DNA of 64,000 nucleotides from a virus (Duplodnaviria; Heunggongvirae; Uroviricota; Caudoviricetes): IMG/VR virus record IMGVR_UViG_3300037067_007156, positions 365,519 to 429,518 of that record; one strand, 5' to 3'. Shown piece by piece: positions 40,696 to 55,123 of this stretch (position 1 is its first letter; each line of letters starts with the position of its first letter). The notes under the pieces were generated by a model. It saw only the letters and a program-made list of their open reading frames with translations, ran no database searches and was not told where the DNA came from. The position numbers and the translations under genes were made by a program.

Positions 40696-41562
40696 CTATT
40701 TTAAATCAGATTTTTTAAAATCTTTTAATTTTGGAAGTGTGCCACACATATGATATTTTAAGAGAATTGACATTCTGTTAAATATATCAATTGGTATTAA
40801 TTTTTTAGGGTCTAAATTGTTTCTATTCTTATTCTCAGCCAAGTCTTCCCTGAACTTTTGTATAATAGCACAATTATTTTCACCATTGCAAAGAATATTC
40901 ATAAAATCATCGATATATTTAGGATATTTTACTTTATTTTCATAATAAAACGCTGCAATCCAACTTTCAGGTATACTCTTTCTTATTTTTGAATACCATT
41001 TGCAAATTTGTTGTATTGGATTATTATAAAAATCCCAATTACTAAACACCATATTTGATATATCCGTATTGGTAAGTTCTCTGTTCTTAGTTATATGAGT
41101 ATGATTTTTATTACGACTATATATTATATTGATAGCACCAGCAATAATTTTAGGTTTTTCAATAAATCTTCCGTCAGTTGAACGTAATGTTGTTAATACA
41201 TCTTTATGTGTTCTTGCTTTACCAGAATCTAAAACTTTAAAACTATCTGGGTCACAACCTCTTTCAACTTTACAAACAATAGATTTCTTTATATTTGTAA
41301 TGGCTTTAAGAGTGTGTTGACCATTGATAAGAACACCATTGATATCAAATTTAATAGAACTTGCGTCTGGTTTCCAATTACCATTTATTATATCATTTTC
41401 TATTTTTTTAAGATTTTTCTTATTAATAGAACGATTACGAATGGTTGTTGAATTTAAATTTTTATCGAGAAAAAATGCAGCAAGTTCTGGTGTTATAATT
41501 TCAAAGTTACTTGAATAACGTTTAGAACATTCATCTTTTATTAACTCTAATTCACTTTTCAT
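40696..41562 (-). CDS. ParB-like N-terminal domain protein
   Basis: ITPELA..FL..N...NRSI, NGNW, LINGQH.L.AI, LDSGKAR. Confidence 0.65.
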   Translation of the reverse strand: MKSELELIKDECSKRYSSNFEIITPELAAFFLDKNLNSTTIRNRSINKKNLKKIENDIINGNWKPDASSIKFDINGVLINGQHTLKAITNIKKSIVCKVERGCDPDSFKVLDSGKARTHKDVLTTLRSTDGRFIEKPKIIAGAINIIYSRNKNHTHITKNRELTNTDISNMVFSNWDFYNNPIQQICKWYSKIRKSIPESWIAAFYYENKVKYPKYIDDFMNILCNGENNCAIIQKFREDLAENKNRNNLDPKKLIPIDIFNRMSILLKYHMCGTLPKLKDFKKSDLK

Positions 41563-44315
41563 AATTAAATTTATTTTGTTATTTTGTTTTTTGATTTATT
41601 TTATGATAAAAAATATAAAAAGTTTATTTTTTGATGGTATAAATTTTATAGTATATTAGTAACAAGTTTAAAAGCTATCTACATGTGTTTGAAAACATCT
41701 TTAAATATTTCCGTTAGTCTTTTTACACTTTCTTCGGCTTTTTTTGTCCTTAATTTTTGTAACTCAATCTTTTTCAATCTTCGTTTTTCAACTGCCTTTT
41801 CGGAATGATAATATTTGCGTTTCTTTTCATTTTTTATTTCTTTATCTTTTAATGCTTTTTCCTCTTCTTGTTTTTGCTTGATATATTCGTCAGCTCGTAA
41901 ATCTTCTTGTATTCCACCACAAACTTTACACAAAGTATAATCTATTTGTGTAAATTGATTATAAGGCATAGTGCAATTATCGCATACAAATTCACCACAA
42001 TTTCTACATTCGTAATCGGTTTCTGAACCGCATATATGACATTTTCCCATAATAAAAGCCAATTACTAACACAGGTAAAAACTTTTAATCACTCCAAATA
42101 TATTAATAATTATTAGAATTTATTGAAAAACTTTATTAAATTAACGTAAATATAATTTATCAATCTTTTCGTTTAGTTCTGCAAACTTACTTATCATATA
42201 AGCAAACATGGTATGGGTTCCAAAGTCGGTAAAATCTTCATGTACGTTTGAATCATCGCTCATAAAACGTTTATGAGCTGGTGCAGAATTATCTCTATAT
42301 TTATACCACAGGTTGCCATAACTATTAAAATTAAATTCTATTAATTCATAATTTTCTTCAAGAATTTCAGTTTTTAAATAGTTTTCGATTATTTTTTCAA
42401 AATTTTTCATAATAAAATATTTTTATTTTAACAATTTTTCTTTTCTATTTCAGCTAAATCAAGTCCAATATTACAAGATGATATCTGATAATTCAATATT
42501 TCGATGCGTTTTTTTGTTCTTAAAATATAGGCATTTAAAGCTTCTTCTTTAGATGGATATGCATATCTTTTCTTAGATGTTTTCGATACCCATTTGAATT
42601 TACAATTTATAAAACCAATCCAATAACCTTTTGGTGTTTCTTCAATTAAATCAAAGGTTCTAAGCTCCAAGCTGGGATTTGGAATTTTGGAACGAGTGTA
42701 TTCACCGTCCCATCCAATAGACGCATATTCAACTGTTTCATATCGATAAAAATTCATCATTTAATAAATTGTAATTTTTTATTTAGTTCGGCCTGTTTTT
42801 CATCAGGTGCGATAAAATTGGTTTTAATAAAATTTTTTAATACTGCACATTTTTCATATTCTTCTTTTTGTAAAAAATATTCGAAAAGCCATTGTAATTC
42901 TAAGCGTTTCCAGACACAATCATGGTCTAATAAATAACAGCACGTTTCAATACCTTTTTCTATAAGTTGATTGTAGAAATCCTCATGTGTTTGGAATGTT
43001 TCGCTTATATTTTTTATGTTTTGGTTCATATTAACAAAAAATTTCTTTAATCATTTTCCCTATAAAAGTTTTTTTATACTGTTCCTGTTTCCAAATATAT
43101 AAAATTTCATCATCAGTTAATGCATAAATACCACCTCTATTGGGTAAATATTTATGAACATAACCCACCCAACTGTCATCCATATTTTCTAAATTTTGGA
43201 TTGGTAAATCGTCCCACCAGTTTAATGCAATGTTTTTATTAGTTTTCATATATCTTTTTTACTTTATATCTGGGTGAATTTCTTGTATTTTTCTCTCCTT
43301 ATCATTCTTTTATATTCATCTTTTAATATGTCAAATACAAAACTATCTGCTAAATATTGTCCATATACTGATATATTTTCTGAAATTGAGTAAGATAAGA
43401 AAACTATAATATCTTGTATGTATATATCAACACCCAATACACCAATAGGTGAATATTCGTTGGGTTGTGTACGATACTTTTTTTCACTAAATATTTTAAC
43501 ATCAGTTCCACCAAACGAATTTTTCATCAGTTCAACTGCATTGTATACAACTGGTGATATTTCCATATTATTTTTCAATTTCATTTCACCAAATTTTTAA
43601 ATGAAAATATTTATGATATATTTTTATTTTTTATAAATTTTAAGATATTATCTTGAATATCAGTTAATTCATCTAAAACATATTGTAAAAATTCTACATC
43701 TTCATCCATTTCTGATTTAGATAATGTTTCACATTTAATAAGAAGTTCTTTTAATTGTTGTTCAAGTTCAAGTTGTTTTGGGTTTTTCATATTTCTTTGT
43801 TTATTATTAAATAAATAACCATATTTTTTAATAAAAGCATCAAAATATTTTTTATTATCAATAACAAACCAGAAGTCATCTCCTTCCACATCAGAACATT
43901 TATCATTAAAGTCTTTTTCAATTCGTTGAATAACTTCTATGAATTGTTTAACAGTGGTTGTACTTTGAATTTGCATCACTAAAATATTATCAATAAAAAT
44001 TTCAGTCCAATCTGTATTATCAGAGTTAGAGAAATCCCAAGTACATTCTATACCATTTTCTTTACAGAATGCCAACACAGGGAATGATTTTCCACCGTTT
44101 AATAAGTAATTTGAATCCATGAAAATTAATTTTTATCCAAAGTTAATATTTTTATATTATTCCTTCGCCTCTTAATCGAAGAAATTTATATCTTTTTTCA
44201 TCACCTTCATTTTCATAACCCCAAGTCAATACATATTCAAGGGTTATTATTTCATCCCATTCTTTTTCAGTACCTTCCCACCCAAATTTTCTTAAAAAAT
44301 TTAACCGTGACTTTC

Positions 44316-44675
44316 TCATTTTTCTAAAAATATTTCTTCAATTTTTTTCTTTCTTAACTGGTATGGTATGTTTATTATTTCTGATGAACATCCAAAAAAT
44401 GATAATTTTTTATAATCTTTAACCCACGCTTCAATAGTGTACTTGATGGTTTTATCTATTTTATAATTATTATAGAAAAAAATATTTAAGATAAATCTGG
44501 ATGAAATAATGTAAACATAAGCATCATTTTCGGATTCTATTATTTTCTTCAATTCACCAGCAACCAATATTTTATTTTTCAACTCGGTAAATAATTCTTC
44601 AATTTTATTAACAATTAGATTTAAGTCGGTCTCAGATACTTCTTTTTTATAATTACTTGATTGATGAAATTCCAT
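44316..44675 (-). CDS. hypothetical protein with C-terminal tag
   Basis: ends QLRKKKIEEIFLEK; TAAGTTCG upstream. Confidence 0.6.
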   Translation of the reverse strand: MEFHQSSNYKKEVSETDLNLIVNKIEELFTELKNKILVAGELKKIIESENDAYVYIISSRFILNIFFYNNYKIDKTIKYTIEAWVKDYKKLSFFGCSSEIINIPYQLRKKKIEEIFLEK

Positions 44676-45575
44676 GATTACGAACTTATATAGGTTTTTT
44701 GCTTATTTCATTTTTTAATTATAAATCGTTTGTTTTATAATCTGAAAGAATTCCACAAATTACATTTTTACCGATTGATGCTCTATTAATATACTTTGCA
44801 TTCAACATGTATTTTTCGGTCATGTATTCATTAAACGCCATTATTTGATAATTTAGAAATTCAAAAATTCTAATTCTATTTTTAAAAATATCAAGAGTAA
44901 AATCATTTTTTATTATATAATTATCTAACTCATATTTGATATAATTTTGTATATCCATTTCAGATTTTTTAATACATTCTTCCGCTATTATATAAGCTAA
45001 TTCTTTCTCTTTACTATAAAGTTCTACGTCCATTTTATTATTTTTAATTAATTTTTTAACGGTTCTAATATTAACCCATCTTTTTGATATTCTGTTATAA
45101 TATCATCAACACATTTTCGAATTATTTTTATTTTTTCCAGATTCTTATCATTTAACATTAATTCTCCACATAGTGAAGAAAACAACTCTGATTTTTCTTT
45201 AATATTTTTTAAGTAACAATTTATCCGATATCTGTCTTCTAATTTAGACAATAATAATTCATTATCTCTAATAATAGTGTTTAAGGTTGATTTAATATAA
45301 GTTGATATATCACCGTAATATATAGTTAAACAGCACTCTGCTACTTCAAACGCCCTTTTTTCATCGCTTATGTTTTTCGAAAATTCCATAGTTTTTATTT
45401 TTATTTTTGTGGATTATAATATCTTGCTATGTATATAGCATAATCACCTTCACCATCTTTACTTAAAGAGTTAGCAAATTCATAATCTGAGGTAACTAAC
45501 ATTTGACCGTTTGTCCTATGATGTAACACATAACATAGAATCCCTTTAACTTCTTCTGTATCCATTTTTATATTT

Positions 45576-46499
45576 TTATTCTTGATATTTCAAATAAGTT
45601 TCCAATAAAAATGCCCCACAACTACTCCCAATATCACTTGCAGGGGGTATATAATATTCATGTGAAATATTATTAATATCCAAATGTTTTCTGAATATTT
45701 TTAATTTATCTTTATTAGATGCATGATAATTCATCGATTCCTTTTCATTATAATGTAAAAATTTTACATTAATATCTTTTCCTTTTAAGAAGGAACTAAG
45801 TAATATAGCGTCCTGTTCCGTATCATTGACACCTTCAATTAAAGTATAATGTATTTCGACAGCATTACCAGTAATTTTTTTATAAAAATCAACTGCTGAA
45901 ATAGAAGGGATAATATCCAGAGCTACTGGCATCCATTCTTTTCTTATTAAATCGAAAGTATAATGTAAAGATAGATGTAATTTGACAGGTAAATTGTGTT
46001 CTTTTATTTTAGATGTTAATTGAAAAAAGTTTTCCCATTTACTTTTTGGAATACAGGTAGCGATAGCATATCTGACGTATGGCACATTCCATTCATTTTC
46101 TGCTTCTTTTTTAAAACGAACCATCATATCAATTAAATTATCAACATTAAAAAGTGGTTCACCACAACCCATAACTGATATCAATAATGTTCTTTGATTT
46201 TCGGTTAGATTTAAATCTTTTACAATATATTCCAGTGGGTAATGTAATTCAAAAGATGATAAATTTCTACATTTAATTTTACCAATATATTCTGTTGTAT
46301 GACAAAATTTACATCCGAGGTTACACATTGTTTGAGAAGGAATACATATAATATCTTTACCGTCATCTTTGTTAATATAGGTGAACTCGACTATTTTACT
46401 ATCTTCGGTTTTGAAGATATATTTCAACGCATTGTCTGTTTTAGATTCGACTTTATCTAAATATTTCATAAAATAAAAAGGTTTCCTATTATATATCAA
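45576..46499 (-). CDS. rlmN: RlmN/Cfr-family radical-SAM RNA methyltransferase
   Basis: SQTMCNLGCKFC, MGCGEP, LSLH, GVND, DIGSSCG. Confidence 0.8.
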   Translation of the reverse strand: MIYNRKPFYFMKYLDKVESKTDNALKYIFKTEDSKIVEFTYINKDDGKDIICIPSQTMCNLGCKFCHTTEYIGKIKCRNLSSFELHYPLEYIVKDLNLTENQRTLLISVMGCGEPLFNVDNLIDMMVRFKKEAENEWNVPYVRYAIATCIPKSKWENFFQLTSKIKEHNLPVKLHLSLHYTFDLIRKEWMPVALDIIPSISAVDFYKKITGNAVEIHYTLIEGVNDTEQDAILLSSFLKGKDINVKFLHYNEKESMNYHASNKDKLKIFRKHLDINNISHEYYIPPASDIGSSCGAFLLETYLKYQE

Positions 46500-46535
46500 A
46501 CAGGAAACCTTTTGTTTTAAAAAATTAAAATATTA

Positions 46536-47459
46536 TTATTCGGTTGGTTTACCATCAAATTTTTCTTTACTCGCTTCGGCATCTTTTTTTGTTTTAAATA
46601 TAATACCATCTTTGTGATGGGGTGGTGAATATAAAGTATATAATTTTAAAGGTTCTTTCCCAGTATTTATAATATTATGTTCTGACCCAGCAGGAACAAT
46701 GACACAATCACCGTTTTTTAAATTATATTCATTTCCATTAATAATACATTTACCATTACCCGCATCAACTCTAAAAAATTGGTCAATATCAGGGTGTGTT
46801 TCCAAACCGATTTCTTCATCAGGTTTTAAAGACATCAATACGAGTTGTGTGTGTTCTCCTGTATATAAAACTTTTCTAAAATTGTTATTATCTGTGGTAG
46901 CCTTTTCTATATTTACATGATATCCTTTTTTATCGGATTTTTTATTTTCACCTTCACGTAGGTGAGAGCGTGATATACTATAAATATATTCTTCAACTTC
47001 ATGATTATCTAATTTAAGTTCATCTGATAATTTATGAATATCATCGTCTTCAAAATCACCTTTATATTTTTCAATAAAATTTTTAATTTTAGTTTTTTGT
47101 TCTGAGGTAAAATTCGATTCTTCTTCATTTACAGATTCTTTAACTATTTCAGTTTTAACTGCATCTAAGAAATTTTTAGCAGTGTCTTCCATACTTAAAG
47201 TATTGTTTTCACCATATTTTTTAAGAAAATTTGTTGAAATTTTTGTTGGAACATCTTTTATTTCTCTTGTTTTAGAAATAAATTCTTCAACAGTTTTCAC
47301 TTTTTTAGCTATATCTCTGAACATACCCAGACCATCTGGGTCTTTCTTAACATATTTTATTGTTCCGAATTTTTTATATTCTTCGTCTGTTATACTTTCA
47401 AATAGACTTCTACCATTCAAGCCTTCAACAAAATCAGAATAACTTTTATTAATTTTCAT
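46536..47459 (-). CDS. C-terminal cupin protein with N-terminal capsid-targeting-like motif
   Basis: NFRKVLYTG, EIGLETH..IDQFF, VPAGSEHNIIN, YSPPHH; internal LFE/VNE/LRE sites; TTAATATATA at 47476-47485. Confidence 0.8.
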   Translation of the reverse strand: MKINKSYSDFVEGLNGRSLFESITDEEYKKFGTIKYVKKDPDGLGMFRDIAKKVKTVEEFISKTREIKDVPTKISTNFLKKYGENNTLSMEDTAKNFLDAVKTEIVKESVNEEESNFTSEQKTKIKNFIEKYKGDFEDDDIHKLSDELKLDNHEVEEYIYSISRSHLREGENKKSDKKGYHVNIEKATTDNNNFRKVLYTGEHTQLVLMSLKPDEEIGLETHPDIDQFFRVDAGNGKCIINGNEYNLKNGDCVIVPAGSEHNIINTGKEPLKLYTLYSPPHHKDGIIFKTKKDAEASKEKFDGKPTE

Positions 47460-50400
47460 GGATGATTTTTCTTTTTATATATTAAAAAGAAAAAATCATA
47501 TTTGAAATATTACTTATTTAAAGTGAACGAAGTTAGCTTTCCGTTTAATGAAAATTGGATTTCGATATATGGTATCATTTTTTAATTTTCTCATCAAATA
47601 TTGAAACAAATTTTTTTCTTAACAAATCCAATGTTAACCCTTCACGTGTAGATGAATAACAATCATCACCATGATTTAAAAGTAGACTAAAAATTGTTTC
47701 TGCATAATAAGGTTTTAATTTATTGTATATATGCTCATAGTGGGTATATTTACCATCAAAATGTGTTCTCAAGTTATCTAAGTAATCAGTAATAATATCT
47801 GAAGGCCATTTGATATTCAGTTTATATTTTTTCCATTGATGCCCACAGTTTGAACAATGATTAATTTCTTGCGTGTCTATTTTAGAATTACCATGAACAC
47901 TTCCATAACCCAGAGAAAAAGAACCACTAACCTTCCCTTTACCTATTACTTGGGCAATTTTATCTACAATCTGTTTACTACCACATCTTGGACAAGTTGA
48001 ATCTTTTTCGTTTTGAATATCGACTTCTGTACGATTATGCACATCTTTATCATTTTCAGCCATTTTAGAAATTTCATCTAACTGTTTGTTTATTAATGTT
48101 TTTTGAGCACCATTTAGTATATTGAAATATTTTTTAAGATTCATAATTATAATTTTTTACCACAAAACGGACAATAATCAATAATAACATATGATGAGCT
48201 ACCATCGTGTATAATTAATCCAAAAATATCATTTGGAGAATGATAGATAAGATTATCAGGGCAATCGAACGGACTTTCATGAATTTCACATTTATACTCA
48301 ACATGACTTTTCATTTGTTCACAACAGTATTTCATATCATTTAAATATTTTTGGGTTATCACCAAGCAGCTCTACGCCATTTATCGATAGCTTCACCTAT
48401 CCAATGACCATTACCAAGACTATTACCTTTTTTATTAATATAAACATTTCCACCACCAAACACATATATTCTACCTGTGCTTTTATATTGTTTGGTTTTT
48501 TCTTTTACACCAATTTTTTTTTCCAACCAATTCGGTTCAAATTTCACTACATAAACCGAATAGTTTTTATCATCTCTTTTTATATTTTTTATTTTCATGA
48601 TACTAATTTTTTCCAAGCATTATATCAAACTGTTCCAGACATATTGTTATTAAATCAGCATCTTTTTGACTGAGTTCTCCACCTGTTTGTAATTTATATT
48701 TTTCGACTATCGTTTCAATAAGGTCGTTAGTATGTATATTTTTAATATATTCAAATATAGCATTAGTTTGTTCATCACATAATGACACAACATTTTCTTT
48801 ATGCGCAATATTCCAAATTATTTTAAAAATATCTTCTCTTGTTATTTTTTCCATTATTCTATATAATTATGTTTTATTTCACAAATCAAAACGTTTGGGA
48901 ATTCATATATACCACATACATCAGTAGCTTCTTCAAAAGTATCATATAATTTTATTTTACCTTGTTCATCTTTCATATAATCACTGAAGGCGAGGTCTTT
49001 TATTATAAAGAATTTACCTATTACATTTTCAAAAGATGTTTCCGATTCAGATAATAAATTTTTCAAGATATCTTTTGCTACGGGTTTTAAGTTTTCATTC
49101 ATATCATTCCTTGTATAATTCTGGAAATTCTGCTTTATCTTGTGTAATCCACGCTTCTTGCTCTGGATTACTACCGCAATCTTTAACTTTAGCAAATATA
49201 AATAAGCTAAATACTAACAGGACAATTCCAATCATTAAATCTTCCACTGATTTATTATTTGAAAAAATCTATAATATCTTTCACGGTCATATTTTCAAAT
49301 TGACTTATTTTTTCTCTCTTTATATGTTCGATGACAAATTCTATAATGTCATCACCATTCACGTCAAGTTCGCCTTTACCTGTTACAATGGTAATATCAC
49401 CGGACATATCCGAATTGTGGATAAATATAGTATTATTTTTACAGTTAGTGGTATATGACATATTTTTATTTTAAACGTTCATTCCATAAATTACTGGCTT
49501 TCATAACCATTTCTTGTGCCATATGATGTCCATTACCAACAAGACGTTTACCATCCGTTAATAGACCGCCCTCACCGATAGTTTCATAAAAAATAATCGT
49601 AGCGTCATAAACAGCTTGTTCTAAAGCGTGTCTGGCTTTTTCAGAATCCATCAATTTACGGATTTTAATTTCAACTTTATAAAAATCTTGTTCCATTTTC
49701 ATTTTTATTTGTTTATTTTACCAACCTTCTTCAATTTTAATACTTCTGGCTTCTTCTTTACCAGATTTACCAAATTGTTCCAGTACATTAACAGTTATTT
49801 TAGAATCTACATCAGCATCTTGCATGAAATTACGAAAATAATTATAAATACCTTCTTCGGTTAATGTTTTATTATCAAACTCAGAAATTAAATTACTAAG
49901 GTCAGAAACCAAACAATTTTCTATTTCTTTTTGTGTTTTTTTCATTAGTAACACCAATTATTTAAACATTCTTCAATATTGTTGTCTATTTGCACAAGAG
50001 TATCTATGTCTTGATTACCATGAGGAAAACCCTCATTATTTTCTATTTTGGTTTTCAAATCTTCAAGCTTTTTAAGAATATTTTCCCTAATTAAAGGAAT
50101 GAAATCTTTTCTTTGCTGTTCTTCTTCTGGTGTATAAAAACTCATAATTATAATATAATTGTATGTTCTTTAAGTACAAATTCTCTACAATTTTCACCGT
50201 GACATCTGATAAAATATCCATTATCAAATTCTTCTATAACTTCATATTCACTGTCATTCAATAGGCTGGTCGAGTCAACAACTTTAATATACATTCTAAT
50301 TAAAAATATGTTTGTAATATATAATCAACAACAGGCAATCCAAATATAACAGAACCTTTAAAATGTAAATCAGTTGGAGCATGTGATAATTTTTCGTCCA

Positions 50401-51783
50401 TATGATTCCATGCTACAATCAATTTTTTATTTACATCTTTAACATCTTTTTCCAAAATTATAATAAAATCTTTAAATTTATCTTCTGAATTGATAAACAT
50501 ATTATGTTTTTTACACTCATTGGATATTTCATTAATATCTAATTTATAAGATATTAATTTTTCAAGTGTTAAATTTTCACCCAAGTGTTCATATAAATCT
50601 TTAGTTTTTTGTACTACATCATAATCATTATTTTCCATGCTTAATAAATGTTTTTAATTTAATTCATTTAAATTTTTCATTCGTTCGTTGAAAGCGTTCA
50701 TGAATGCTGTAACATCCTCTTCATAGTCGGTATCTGGGTCGTAATATTCTAAATATATGAGGTTATACACTTCTTTAAAAATTTCATCCGAAATTATTTG
50801 GTCATATTTTTCTTTCCATGTTAAAAACACGTGATTGAAAATATCGTTTGCTTTTTTATTCAAACGTTTCAGTTTTTCGGTAACACTCAACATTTCTTCT
50901 GGTATATCATCTAATTTAAAAGCTTTCATAGCTTGACAGATTGCACCAAGAGCATTCCGGTCAACCAATTCATTTATTGTTAAATCGGTTGTTTTTAAAT
51001 AATATGTTAAAAAATCTATTTCATTCATTGGTAAAATATTTTATATATGTTTCATAATAAAAAATTAATAAACAATTGGCATTCCACAACATTTACAATG
51101 TGAACTCCAACCATTCAATTTACTACTATCACATTTAGTACATTTTGGTAATCCAGTCACCTTTGAAATTTCTTTGGTTATTATTACTTTCTTTGGTTTT
51201 TTATTGTTTCTTTCCATAAAACTATTCTATCACTTTACAATACACGACACCATACATTAGAGTTATTTCTGATTTTAAACAAAGTGCGTCATATTTCCAA
51301 GCACTCATCCTATAAGAACCATGAGAACTGGATATGGTCACATCAGAATATGGTGGAATTTTATAATAAACAATTTTATTATTACCATTTATCAGTTCCA
51401 CTTCAATTTTCCTGACGAGCCATTCTTCATTTTTACACTTTTTACATTCTGAACATGAAGTAAAAACAAAAAATGTTATTAATGTTAACAAGAATATTTT
51501 TATTTTCATATATTTTATATTTACTACAAATTTATTAATATTTTTTAATTAATTAACAATTTAATATTATTTTTGTATATCAAAATAATATTTTTTAAAT
51601 TTAAAAATATGAAAGTTACCGAAAAACAATTGCTTATTATGTTTCGAGTTCTTGAAGGTTCATTAAAAATTGCCGATAGAAGCGACATGAATTTATTTGG
51701 TTACAGCTCAGAAACCAGAAAAGAAATTTTTTATCAAATAGTTAATCAACAATCTGAAGAAATGAAAGATATCAAAGAATAAT

Positions 51784-52500
51784 ATGACTGTTCTTAAATC
51801 AATATCCAAAAAGAAATTAAAAACTATGCCAAAGTGGAAAACTGAAGCATTATTAGTTAATTCAATAAAAAATGGTTCATTAAAAAATATAAAATTAGCA
51901 TTGAATTTGGGAATGAACCCTAACATAGCTTTAGAATATGCTATAAAATCAGGCAATTTATCATCAGTTATATACATATTGAAACATGATAAAATCGACA
52001 AACTTCAAGTTGTAATTAGAGCTTGTCTAACAGCAATTATGTCTAATAAATTGGAAATCCTTAAATTTTTAGTGGAAAATGACTGGGTCGGTTTCGATTA
52101 TGAAAATCATTCTTTATTAACAGTTTCTGCCAGAGAAGGTAGAGTGGATATGGTTGATTTTTTGTTAAAAGATTCACATGAAAGATTTTGTCCAGAATTC
52201 GACTATCAACAAGCTATTATGGAATCAGCACGTGTTGGACACTATGAAGTTGTAGAAAGATTATTACAAGAAAAAAATGTTGACCCGACATATAGATTTT
52301 GCAAAGCTATAAGTAATGCAGCTCATTTTGGTCATAAAAAAATTTTCGAATTGTTGTTAAATGATAAAAGAGTATTTAATAGTTTGAGTGAAACCGAAAT
52401 CATTCGATATAAAAAAATATTAAATGATAGTGTAATAAAATTAAGAAAATATAAAATAGAAAAAATGTTTGAAGATATAAATAATCAAGATTCAGAATAA
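51784..52500 (+). CDS. ankyrin-repeat protein with C-terminal tag
   Basis: A..G...IV..LL repeats; KLRKYKIEKMF near the C-terminus. Confidence 0.8.
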   Translation: MTVLKSISKKKLKTMPKWKTEALLVNSIKNGSLKNIKLALNLGMNPNIALEYAIKSGNLSSVIYILKHDKIDKLQVVIRACLTAIMSNKLEILKFLVENDWVGFDYENHSLLTVSAREGRVDMVDFLLKDSHERFCPEFDYQQAIMESARVGHYEVVERLLQEKNVDPTYRFCKAISNAAHFGHKKIFELLLNDKRVFNSLSETEIIRYKKILNDSVIKLRKYKIEKMFEDINNQDSE

Positions 52501-54464
52501 ATATGAAATGGTAAATTATCTATCATTAAATTAGCATCATTTAATTCGTCTACCAACTTTTCTAATCTTTTATGTGTTAGATTTTCAACTTTTATTTCCC
52601 ATCTTTCGAATAAACACCATTCATGTTCAGTACCAATCAATTCAGGATATTTCTTTTTAGAATCATAGTGTTCCATCCAAATTTTTACGCCCTTCAAAGA
52701 TAATTTTTCATTCATATATTTAAGAAGATATTCCAAATATTCTTTTTTCTTTTCTTGTGGAAAATCTTCTTCTACATAAATGTACGTTTCTTGTTTTTCA
52801 CCTTTGGGTACATAACTGTCATCGTAAAAATCATCCCAGATATTAATGAGTATTTTTTCTATTTTTCCCATATTATTGGTATATTATAAACACTGGGATG
52901 TGGTCAAGTTCAAATATCAACATCTCATTATCAGCATAGCCTCTATATACTTGTGATTCACATTTCACGATTTTAGAAATTATTTCACCTGAGAATGAAC
53001 ATTTTTCACCAACAATAAATTCTCGTTCTATATAATTAGCTGTTCTAATTGTTTTAATTTTTTTCATTATATTTTTATGTTTGTTTTAAATTTTTATGAC
53101 AAATTTGACAGTTTTGTTCAAAATGTGCAATACAAAAACTACCCGTTTTTTGATTAGACGGTTTAATCATTTTTACTGGGTTTAAACCAACCACTTCGAT
53201 TTCAAATAATTATTTAAGTGTTAATTATTTACCATAAGCACGACCAAAACCATCTAATATAATCATGATTATAAATTTTATAAAATTAAACCAATATTTT
53301 TACCAGCAAGAGGATTAAACTTAATGACATTACATTTTTCTTCATCCAAGTTAATAGTTGCCATACCAGTTTCTGAATTATAATCAATAATTTCACCAAC
53401 AACTTTATCATCGACTTTCACTTCTAAACCAGACATATTATTTGTAAAACCTTTACTTAATTGAACTGTCATTTTCATAATTTAAATTCTTTACGCATTT
53501 TTTTACCTAAATTTTGTTCATACCTTTCAATACCTTCTTTTTCAACACTTTCGTTTCGAGTAGTTCCGAAAAGATGTGTGAGTAACGATTTAACATATTC
53601 ATCTGATGATATCAAACCAGTATAAACAGTGTGTGACTTGTTTTGTTTTCCGTATTCAGCTGGTCGTCTTGTATCATGAGACCCAGATAATATTAATATT
53701 CTGTCATCAGGTGAAATACCAACAGATAAGGATAAGGCAGAATACCAATATACAAGTCCACTCATATCACTATAAGCGATTATTTTTATAAACCAAATAT
53801 CACCCATCATTGGAAATGCATATTCTAATTCTGGATAGTTTGTGATAGGTTCGTATCCATGTTTTAATGGATTAAATTTATATTTTGACATAATTTACAT
53901 TTTAGTTATCCCAACTATATTTTTTTCTTCATCTGTTATGAAATGACAAGCGACAATTCTAAATTTAATTTTTGTCCACTCTACAATTAATGGTTTAATT
54001 AATATTATCCTCCATAATATTCTTATAGTTGATAATCCGAATATTGAATCAAAATCATTCCACCATTTATTATTAACACCAAAACGTTTTGTTCTTAATA
54101 ACAAATGTAGAAATATTTTCCAATTTTTCTTATAATATTTTAATGAATATGTATTTATTTTCATTTGTTAGATGACTACATTTCGAAATTATTATTGTGG
54201 TTTATGCACCCAAAGCCTTTATGAACTTTGAGAACACCTTTAGCACCACCCAAAATTCCAAATGTAACAACCCAATCTGGCATAGGTCGAAACTCTTCAT
54301 TATCCATATCACCATATAAATAAGCCATGCAAGTTCTTATATCACCTTCTTTTTGTTGTTGTATTCCAACCACCCCTTGTGCACCCCAGTGTTTACAAGT
54401 GAAACATGTACTACATTGTATATTTTTCTTTGTTTGAATTTATTGTTTTTCATCGAAAATATTT

Positions 54465-55031
54465 TTACATAAGTTTAATATAATAAGTAACATCTTCTTT
54501 ATTAAAATAAGTAGATATGCCTTCCTTTATTTCACATTTTCCAAAACTATTAATAAAATCTTTATATAATAATTTTTTTCTTTTATCAACAGGGTTTCCT
54601 ATAACATAAATTATATTTTCAAATTTACTATTAAAATCATCTAACAAAAACATGATTCTTTTAAATATTTCATACAATTCACCTAATTTTGTTGGTTCAT
54701 CATATAATTCATCATCCCTATTAACTAAGGTGAATGAAACAGAATAGTGTATAAAATTTAACCAATAATTTTGTGGCGTTAATTGTATTAAATCTAATTT
54801 ATATTCATTACCAGAATTACATTTAAAAATATATTGGTAAGATTTATATTTATTTATAGATACATCTTTAAATTCAATTGGTGTTTCAAGAGGATTATAT
54901 ATGATTTCATATAAAGGATGTTCGTCCGAAAATTTAGAACATATTAATTTAACACCTTTTTTTATTCGGTCAGTGCCATGTTCTTTTACGTATTGTTGAT
55001 AAGCTTCAAATGTTGTTTTTATATATTTCAT
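54465..55031 (-). CDS. hypothetical protein with N-terminal motif
   Basis: MKYIKTTFEAY...VKE. Confidence 0.55.
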   Translation of the reverse strand: MKYIKTTFEAYQQYVKEHGTDRIKKGVKLICSKFSDEHPLYEIIYNPLETPIEFKDVSINKYKSYQYIFKCNSGNEYKLDLIQLTPQNYWLNFIHYSVSFTLVNRDDELYDEPTKLGELYEIFKRIMFLLDDFNSKFENIIYVIGNPVDKRKKLLYKDFINSFGKCEIKEGISTYFNKEDVTYYIKLM

Positions 55032-55123
55032 ATTTTCATATCTAATTTTTGAATTTTTTTAATAATTTTTAAAATGTAAATATAGTTAAAAATAAAAATA
55101 TATAAAATAAAAAATTAAATTAT